Notes under the pieces: model-generated
The model's input: only the letters and a program-made list of their open reading frames with translations
What the model was told of the DNA's origin: nothing
The model's database searches: none
Shown here: positions 1-9,300 of the stretch, one piece after another
Layout of the letters: every line of letters starts with the position of its first letter
Numbering within the stretch: position 1 is the first letter of the stretch
Translations under genes and position numbers: made by a program
Origin: a virus
Lineage: Duplodnaviria > Caudoviricetes
IMG/VR virus record: IMGVR_UViG_3300020221_000047
Location: 1 to 38,453 of that record
Reading direction: 5' to 3' (one strand)
Length of the DNA stretch: 38,453 bases

Positions 1-1956
1 GCGGGAGAAACAATCCTCGTAGACAAGGTGGTATACCTAGACGAAGACGGCATGTGGTATCTTGCCGACGCAGAGACTGTAGGGAAGTCAGAGAACGTCA
101 TTTTAGGCATCTCACGTGGCGGTGGTACAACGGGAAATGCCATAGGCGGTGGAGTTACTGTTTTTGGAGGACACACGGCTTCTAGCGCAATTTTTACTGC
201 AAATACGCACTATTATGTGTCTGATACAGACGGGGAACTTTCAGATACACCGGGGACACTAGAAGTATCTCTTGGTGTCGCAAAAACGACCACACTTATT
301 CTGCTGTATCCTCGGTATAATCAACAACTAACCGAAGCAATCCAAGACGCGTTACAAAACCCAACGTCAGGTACACCACTTTCTGCCGATAATGGTGTTG
401 TGGATGAGGCAGACACAAGCACTACACCAATAGCAAACAAGATACCACGTGCTGACGCTGATGGGAGTATTGACGGGTGGATCGGAACGTTAGGTACACT
501 TGGTGAAACATTAGCAGAGGGAGTACTTGTAAAGCCAGTTAATGTCTCTGGTTCTGCAAAGTATACACAATCACACGGACTCTATCCAAGTAAATCTGGC
601 GGTCATACCGTAGGTACGATGAGTACAGTTAACAGCACAATGGCAGATGCGATAAAAATAGAAAAAATGACAGACGAACTTGCGGTTTGTATGTTCAGGG
701 AATCTTCAACAGCACGTATCACATTCAGTGTACTGAAGATGAGCACAGCGGGTGCTATTACAGCATATGGTGGTTACGACACAGGCTTATCAGCAGTGGC
801 ATCATACGGTTTTGCTGACATAACACGTCTTACAGATACGACGTTTGTCGCGGTGTGGAATAACTCTAATGACTCACACTATTCAACTGCTGTCATTGGG
901 ACAGTAAATCCTTCTACTGGTGCCATTACATTTAATACACCAGCCCGCATTCAAACAGATACTAATAGCAACGGTGTCCAAAACGCAGTATCTCGATTGA
1001 CAGATACATCATTTGTGTACGCGTTCAGCGGAGCGTCTAGTTACGTGAAGACGTTGGTTGGGACGATATCTGGGACAACAATTACACCGCACACAATCGT
1101 CTCTTCAGGAACACAGATGCAACTGTCTGATAATGCCGCATTCAAGGACAGATTAAAAGTGGTATCACTCTCAGACACCTCATTTGTTGCTTCTTTTGTG
1201 GGGACAAGTTCAACAACGGTTAATGCGTTTGCTGGAAGTGTTGGCGTGGATGGGTATACGGTAACACTCGGCTCCGTTGTTTCGGAAACATACACACCAT
1301 TGCATGGTATAAGTATTGACAAGGTATCAACAGAAAATGCTGTAATATCCTTTGGAGTTAGTGGCGCCGTCTATGTCTTGCCTATCTCTATCTCTGGAAA
1401 CGTTGTTACAAAAGGTACTGTCCAGTCTGTATCAACACAGTCTGGGTATCTTGCACGAGTGAAAACAATAAAAGAAATAAGTCCTGATGTATATAGTATG
1501 GTATCACTGTTTCGTGTGTCTACGACATTATATATTGGTGTATTTCATCTCAATGTCGCAACAAAGACGGTAACTTCAGGTGTTTACATAACAGCAACAG
1601 CGTCAGTAACAAACGACGAATACTCTGGCGCTGATATTAGCGTCTTACAAGACAGCCAAAACCAAATGTATGGTGTTGCGGTTGGGAAAAACAGTGCTGA
1701 TTTAGTTGCATACCCTGTTACATTTTCAATGACATCAGACATAACTGACTGTGTCGGTATCACACAAGAGTCGGGTGATGAAGATGACATAATAACAATT
1801 ACAACAGACAGGAACATATCATCTGCTCATTCTGATTTAGTTGTTGGAACAAAAAAATATCTTCAACATGACGGTTCGTTAGGTGATACGGAAAGCGATG
1901 TATTGGTTGGCGTACCCTTGTCAGAAACAAAAATGTTTCTTAAGTTCGGTGCATAA
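1..1956 (+). CDS. Virion tail/receptor-binding protein with beta-propeller-like repeats (5'-truncated)
   Basis: Frame is open from base 1 (AGETILVDKVVYL...). Ser/Thr/Gly/Val-rich, with ~50-aa repeats (ITRLTDTTFVAVW, VSRLTDTSFVYAF, VVSLSDTSFVASF). Confidence 0.65.
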   Translation, partial: AGETILVDKVVYLDEDGMWYLADAETVGKSENVILGISRGGGTTGNAIGGGVTVFGGHTASSAIFTANTHYYVSDTDGELSDTPGTLEVSLGVAKTTTLILLYPRYNQQLTEAIQDALQNPTSGTPLSADNGVVDEADTSTTPIANKIPRADADGSIDGWIGTLGTLGETLAEGVLVKPVNVSGSAKYTQSHGLYPSKSGGHTVGTMSTVNSTMADAIKIEKMTDELAVCMFRESSTARITFSVLKMSTAGAITAYGGYDTGLSAVASYGFADITRLTDTTFVAVWNNSNDSHYSTAVIGTVNPSTGAITFNTPARIQTDTNSNGVQNAVSRLTDTSFVYAFSGASSYVKTLVGTISGTTITPHTIVSSGTQMQLSDNAAFKDRLKVVSLSDTSFVASFVGTSSTTVNAFAGSVGVDGYTVTLGSVVSETYTPLHGISIDKVSTENAVISFGVSGAVYVLPISISGNVVTKGTVQSVSTQSGYLARVKTIKEISPDVYSMVSLFRVSTTLYIGVFHLNVATKTVTSGVYITATASVTNDEYSGADISVLQDSQNQMYGVAVGKNSADLVAYPVTFSMTSDITDCVGITQESGDEDDIITITTDRNISSAHSDLVVGTKKYLQHDGSLGDTESDVLVGVPLSETKMFLKFGA

Positions 1957-1982
1957 CTTTATTATATATAGTAGTTAACATC

Positions 1983-3317
1983 ATGACATCACAAGACCAA
2001 GCAATTAAAGATGTGGGAACAGCGTTTAGTTCTGGAGGACAGAGCGGTCTTAGTGCTGAACAACAGGCTGCGTTTGATAAGGTTCGTATTGCGTTTTCGG
2101 ATACGAACACGCAGACAGTACAACCTTTTACAAAAACAGAAAAAGTAATCTCAAGTGATGATTTGGAAAACGTATTTACCGAGGACTCTGCAAAGATTTT
2201 AAGCATGGGGCAGAACACACAAAGTAAAACGCAAACACAGCCAGCAGAAGTAAAAACGACAACGGATACGACGGTGCAAACAACAGGAGACGCGATGACC
2301 GACCGCATGCTTGCAGAGGAAGCGAAAGAGAAAGAAAGACTTGACGCTGAAGCACAAGAGAAAATAAAAGAATACAATAATCTTTACACGACAAGCCTTG
2401 AAACACTTAGCGCAGAAACACAGTCGCTCATAAACAGTATAAACAATACCTTTGCACAAAGAATTGAAACTCAACAAAAGATAAACGCAAGAGACATAGA
2501 CGCACGAAAAGCATATGGTCTTTCGGGTGGCGGGCAATACACCCCGATTTCTTGGAACGACGCAATCACAGAACAAGAAACAAAGGCTGCCGACAAGATA
2601 AAGTCATTGGAAAGCGAACGCGACTCGCTCATCGGACAAGCAAAATCTGCTCAGCAACAAGGAGAAGCAGGGTTGTTGCGTGAAAAACTTTCTGCAATAG
2701 AAAACATAGAAAATAATATGCGTACAATCATGAATGACGTACGAGCGCAATCAAACCGCATTCTCGCACTGCAAAAAGACGTACTCAAAAAGAAAGAGGA
2801 AGAAGAAACCGCACGTGTGGCAAAAATAATGTCAGAACTTACCACGTTGTCGTCAAAGTTCGTCGATGGGTATGAGGACATGAGTGATGAAGAGAAACAC
2901 GCATACATAGAGAAGATAGCCACATCACAAGGTGTCAGTTATTCTTCAGTGTATGGCATATTTGAAAACGCACTGATTGGCAAACAAAAGAGTGCGATAC
3001 AAGCAAAGAAAGATGCGCTTGATATACAAAGCACAGAGGAACTTATCAAACAACGGCAAGCGTCCACAGCGAAGACGTGGTCAGATATTGCAAATAAAAA
3101 AGACGAGGAAGAAGAAGCAACCGCAGATCAAGAAATAGGAAAGGCAATTCTTCACTTCAAAAAACAAATATCAACGAAAGATTGGGCTGGCGTAAACCCA
3201 GACGAATATCAACAGATGTATGACTATCTCTCAAATACATACGGATACAACGCCGTTAAGAAATTGCAAGAGGCAATGGAAAACGAAGATTTATCAGTAG
3301 ACTACGATAACAAATAA
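1983..3317 (+). CDS. Putative internal virion / DNA ejection protein (coiled-coil)
   Basis: 444-aa Q/E/K/A-rich helical ORF between the tail gene and the giant protein, the usual position of podovirus-type ejection proteins. Confidence 0.5.
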   Translation: MTSQDQAIKDVGTAFSSGGQSGLSAEQQAAFDKVRIAFSDTNTQTVQPFTKTEKVISSDDLENVFTEDSAKILSMGQNTQSKTQTQPAEVKTTTDTTVQTTGDAMTDRMLAEEAKEKERLDAEAQEKIKEYNNLYTTSLETLSAETQSLINSINNTFAQRIETQQKINARDIDARKAYGLSGGGQYTPISWNDAITEQETKAADKIKSLESERDSLIGQAKSAQQQGEAGLLREKLSAIENIENNMRTIMNDVRAQSNRILALQKDVLKKKEEEETARVAKIMSELTTLSSKFVDGYEDMSDEEKHAYIEKIATSQGVSYSSVYGIFENALIGKQKSAIQAKKDALDIQSTEELIKQRQASTAKTWSDIANKKDEEEEATADQEIGKAILHFKKQISTKDWAGVNPDEYQQMYDYLSNTYGYNAVKKLQEAMENEDLSVDYDNK

Positions 3318-3322
3318 GCACC

Positions 3323-6300
3323 ATGCAAAGACCGTCATTTCTTGATGACACAGATAACAATGTGTCGCCAACCTCAAAACGCCCGTCGTTTCTTGACGGT
3401 GCAGATTACAGCGTAACACCTAAAACCGTTACTCCCACAGAGACGAAAGAAAAGAAAAACGCATGGGAACTCTTGGGGGAATTGGGAAGCAACGTAGGAA
3501 AGGTAGGCTCAAATATCGGGAAGATAATCACGACACCAGAAGGACGTGAGGATTTTGCTATGTCGCTTGAGGGTGGGGTAAAGTCTTTGACAAAAGCAAC
3601 ATATGACTACGCTGATTTGTTTTGGGGTGGTGCGTCAAAGGCATTGCAGAGCGTAGGGCTTCCGAACACGGTAGCGAGCGCAACAAAGGAGTCAGTAAGA
3701 GAAAAGTCAGACGTTGTCAATAAAGAACTCCGTGATTTTATGGAGGGGTACGAACTCGCATACAGTCCTGAATATGTAAAAAAACAAGATGAGATACGGA
3801 GGGCAGAGACGGATATACGTCTTATGGAAAATGACATCAATATGCTCAAAAAAGAGATTGACTCTTTCCCTGAAACATTTGCGACACAAAAAGAACGAGA
3901 CGAAGCAGGTAAAAAAATAAATGAATACAACAGGATGATTGAGCGATCAGAAGGACTCTTTTCAAAGATTGACACGTTGTTATCAGAAGAAAAAGGGTTT
4001 ATTGACCGTATTACAGGAGAGGGTGGAGTCCATGAGATTTCAAAGATACTCGGTATGTCTCTTCCTACGACAGCGGCGTTATATGGGGCAGGTATCGTTA
4101 CTGGTGGTTCTGTACCAGTACTGCTTGCTACGTCATACATGGCGAATGCGGGCTTTGCGTATGGGGAAGCAAAAGAATATGTTGCTAACTCTGGTATAAA
4201 CATGGACAGCCAAACGGAAGATAAACTAGGGAAAATAGCGATATTAGTAGGGGCAATGACGGCTCCACTTGACACACTGGGTTTTGAGGGTGTTATGGCG
4301 AACAAAGACTTTTTGAATATAAAAAACACACTTATAAAAAATATCGTAAGACCGATACTTGATACGGGGATTGGGGCAGTGTCAGAAGGAGGCACAGAGT
4401 TTCTGCAAGAAGTCATCAGCAATGCGTGGGCAATGACGTATGATGAACATAGAACACTTTTAGACAACACGTATGAGGCAGCGTTCGCTGGTGCGTTAAT
4501 GGGTGGCGGAGTAGCGGTTACTCAATATGCAACGGGGAGCGCACAAAAGCAACGTGCAGAGTTAGACAAATTGCGAGCGTCATGGAAACTCATCCTTGGG
4601 TCAGATACAATGTTACAAACGTATATTGCTGAAGAAGTAAAAAACGGGTCGTCAGGAAAAGACATTGTTGCCAATATACAAAAGAACGCAAAAGATATAG
4701 GGAAGACTGTTGATATACAAAAGGTTGCTGATGACGTGTCATCAGTGGTGTCTGCATGGAAAAACACGTCTGCACAAATACAACATACGATAGCGACGGA
4801 AGGAAAAAGTAAGGCAATTCTTGATGTGGTGGCAAAGGGAGAAACGACAGAGAAAGCAGAGGAAATAATAGCAATGTTATCAAAGGATGCTACACCACAA
4901 AAAGAAACAGATGTACAGATGACGGATATTGAGTCCACACTGACAAACATTCTTCCTGCAAAAAAAGAAACATCCTTGACAGAAAAAACTCCTGCGATGC
5001 TTCTTGAGGAGATTGACACCATGCGTGGTGATACAGAAGAAATAGATACCACAATCGCAGATTTGAAACAACGTATTGACGAAGCGCAAACGGGGTCGCA
5101 AGAAAAAAAGGACTTGAAAATACAGTTGTCCAACATGCAAAAACAGCGGGCTTCTTCGGACGTGGCATATCAAGAAAGGTTACAAACACACGCAAAAGAT
5201 TTTCGCACATTTGTCAAGAGTTATATACATAATACTTATGCCAATAAGGGACTGTCCAATGAAGACATTGACACAATCATAGATAGTGTTGTATCTGAAA
5301 GTGTGGGGACAAGTGAAAAAACACTTGGTGAGATTATTGATGGCATCGTAGGTGAACATAAGAAGAAAAATGTTTCTGGTGTGAAGAAGAAAGAAAAGGT
5401 TGTGGTCAAGAATGAGAAAGATGTGAAGACGAAAACGGATGGTGATACGAAAAACAAGAAGTCTAACGCTGAAGCATTGGCAATGGCAAACGACGCAAAC
5501 CAAGCAACATCTGATGCTTCATTATTACAAGAAGCTAGGAAGTATAAGAGCGCAGAGGAGTTTATAAAGGCACAGGGGACACTTGTTTATCACGGGACAG
5601 CGTCTAAATTCGAAATATTTGACCCAAAATTTAAGGGTTACTCTACTGATGCAGAAAGTGCGAAAGGAGCTTTTTGGTTTACTGACGACCCAGCTACTGC
5701 AAAGGCATATGCCATTTATGCCGCTGAAGATGCCCCAGTTCAAAGATTATTAAAACAAGCAGATGAAGCTGAAAAATTAGCACAAAAAACAGGGAAAGAA
5801 AGTGATTGGGCTAAATATGATAAGTTAATTGAAGAGTCTGAAAAACTTGCAGAATACGATGCAACATTTAAAAGAAGAGAAATGGCAAATGTAAAAGAAG
5901 CGTATGTTAAAGGTGAATTTTTAGAAATAGATGCTAAAGGAAAAACTCCGCAAGAATTATCTACTGACGATAATATAGACAGTTGGTTAAATTCTAAAAT
6001 TAAAGAAGCTATAAAGAAAAATAAGGCTGGACTAAAAATAATAAATATAGATGATGCTGTTGGTCTTTATAATAAACCATCAACTCATTATGCAGTATTT
6101 AACGCAGAACAAATAAAAACCCAATCCCAACTAACCGACATCTGGAATAAAGCTCATTCCCAACAGCAAGCCTCACCAGAGCAAGCCTTGATAGAAGAAG
6201 CCAAGAAGTATGGGAGTGCTGAGGAGTTCGTGAATGCACAACCAACTAAGATTTATCACAGCACAAGTGCCGAAAATAAGGCAACAATTTTACGAGAAGG

Positions 6301-9300
6301 TTTTAAGAAAGGCAGTGAATTACCAGAAGAAGCTTTTAGAGGTGGTGGACACGGGTCAATGCAAGATAGTATAAGCTTTGCAGACAATGTAAAAGACGCT
6401 TCCCGTTTTGGCATATCTCAAAAAAACACGCTTATTGAAGCTGAATTAAAACCAAACTCTAAAATAATAGATAGAACTGATATTGAATTTGCCGAAGAAC
6501 TTAATTACGAAATACCTAAATTATTAAAAGAAGGGGTAGACGCAGTTAGATTACCAAATACAGGAGAAGGAGAAATTGTGGTTATAAATCCAAAGGCGAT
6601 AGGCAAAATTACTAATTCTTTTGATTATAAAGGAGTTGAGGCTAAAAATCTTGATAAGCTTTTTCAATCTAAAACAAAAACCCAATCCCAACTGATCGAC
6701 ATCTGGAACGAAGCACATGACGCAAAGTTTAAGAAGAAAGATTTGTCGTCAATAAAAAGAAACATGACACCTGATCAAGCGAAGAAGTTTGTGCAGTCTG
6801 TATTCGGCGACTCAGTAGACGCACGTTCTTTACGTGGTGCTTTCTTTGGCGAAACAGACGGTATGTATTCTCCTGCGAAAGTATGGAGAAAAGCAATGGT
6901 TGAATACAAAGTCATCAACGGATTGACAGATAGACGTATTGTGTTCCATGAGGTATTTCACGCATTCCTTGAGAAAAACCTTTCCAAAGAAGAATACAAT
7001 GCTCTTATAGAAAAGACGATGAACAGTCCGCTTTTGCAAGCGTCCCTCAATACACAGTTTCCGTCATACGAAACAAAACGAGAAAAAGCAGAAGAGTGGC
7101 TTGCGGATGATTTTGCACGCTACGTAGATAGTGTCATGGGCAACGAGACCGCTGTTTATGAAAAAACAAATAAGACATTATACAAAAAACTTCTTGAAGT
7201 AATCCGTACCTTTGTAAGAAATGCAATAGGTGCCCAGAAAATATATAGCGATATTCTTTCTCGTGTGGATATGGACATGTTTAAGGATGAACTCGCTGAA
7301 ACTGGAGAGATGATATTGCGTTCGTCTGGCGTTATGGATGAGATGAAAAATGCTCGTGAAATAATAAAAGATATTCCCATGAGCGAACTTATTGGAAAAT
7401 GGAACGGATACATACAAAGCGGTAAGTCTTCTCTTTCTGGTATATTTGACCGTGTCCTTGCAATGGCGATACCACAAGCGGTTGCTGTTGAGCAAGAAAT
7501 GCAAAACACAAACCGTGTTGACTTCCTTGAAGACGTTAAAACACGTTTGAAGATTGACTTTGATGTGTATCTTGTAGACACAATCATTGCTGGTGTGAAA
7601 AACGACGCAGTAACAGGGGTAAAGAATGTGGAGGCGTGGGGTATTACACTTGATAACTCAATTGCTATCGTAAAAGACGCTGTAAAGAACACCGACAAAC
7701 ACGAAGTGGTACACCTTGTCCTTGCGAATGCGGAGAACATCCCCGTAATGAGGGAGCATGGGATTACAAAAGAAAAAATACTTACCGCGCAGGCGACAAG
7801 TGAAGGAAAAACATATAAAGACTTAACACTTTCTGAACGTGTGGAAATTGAAGAGCGTGTTGCTGAAGGGTACGAGGCGTACAAAGGAGGAAAACAATAT
7901 GCAGGTATTGTTGGCACATTTTATCGTTTACTCAAGCAAGGAATGGATGCCGTGCAAACACTTCTCGGGCATGTAGATGAAGTACAACGATTTTATGACA
8001 TCTTGGAAACTGAAACAGCGGGTGCGCAGGAGGTTGTGCGTATAAAAAACAATGGGGTGCTGTCTTCTCTTATAGAAGACAGCGTACTTGACGCGCGCGG
8101 TTCTGAACATTCTCTCCGCGATTATGACTCCGTGCGTAAAATGGATATAGTAAAAACAAAAGAAGTTGATCCGCTCATCAAGGAGGCACAAAAATATGAA
8201 ACACTGGAGGAGTATGTGCAGGAACAAAACAACACAACAAGAAGAAAAAAATTGATTAATGAAATTAAAGATATTATAGATAATAAAAAAGAAAAAGTTG
8301 ATGTTGAACAGGATATTGAAGATGAAGTAAACGACACGGTGTTTGACGCTGAAGATGCCGTTAATAGTGGGTACCTCAAAGAAGCAGATGACGAACTGCT
8401 CCCCGACGATGTTTCATATGGGTACATAGATGACGGGAAACTTATTTATGAAGACTCTGACGCTGGATACATTGTTATTAATGGCAAACAAAGTGATTAT
8501 TACGGCATTGATAATTATTTGGAAGAGTCAGGTATAACAGACAGTTTGCGTAATGATTTGCGTGATAAGTTACACAAAGAGTCATCTGATCATCAAAAAA
8601 ATATAATTGTTAATAAAAGGGTTGAACACTTAAAAAAAGAAATGCTCGCATATTCAGACGAGCAACTGTACGCTCTTAAAAATAATTTAGAAAACACAGG
8701 GTATAAAGGGAAGCCTTCAATGTCTCAAAGATACATATCTGCAAATGATGACGTTGAGTATGATATTACTATTATACAGAAGGCATCTGCACGTCACTCA
8801 AACACAGAGTATGATGAAATAAGGAAAAGCGAAGACTTTGTGAACTTTGATGGAGACGTTGAGGAATTGAAAAAAACAATAGGAAGTGATTTTTCTGTAG
8901 ATACCAGAACACTCCCCGACATCTGGAACGAAGCACATGACGCAAAGTTTAAGAAGAAAGACGACATTATAGAACGTACGCGTGAAGAGCGTGATACGGA
9001 CGTACTAGTCAATCGCACCAAAGGTGATTACAATATCGTGTCTCTGGCGATAGAAAGACTAAGTGAAAAACTAGGAAAAGCAATAGACGACTTCAAAGAA
9101 ACGCACATAGAAAAGTGGGAAATGTTAGATGAAAAAATAACTGAGTTTTATGAGGACGAAAATATAAACGATATAAAAGATATTGCGCGCAACATGACGC
9201 GATCATACGCAATTACATCAAAAGGAATGGAAAAAATAGAAATGCGTGGGCTTATTCCAAAAGAAATAACAGAAAAAGCCATTGAGTACCGAAAAACAAA

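Noticed and set aside
5522-8938. Cassettes as inteins
   Set aside because: No N-terminal Cys/Ser block or C-terminal His-Asn followed by Cys/Ser/Thr, and no LAGLIDADG motifs.
6115-8961. Repeats as DGR template/variable regions or a CRISPR array
   Set aside because: No reverse transcriptase or cas genes; mismatches are not adenine-specific; repeats are coding, few and far apart.
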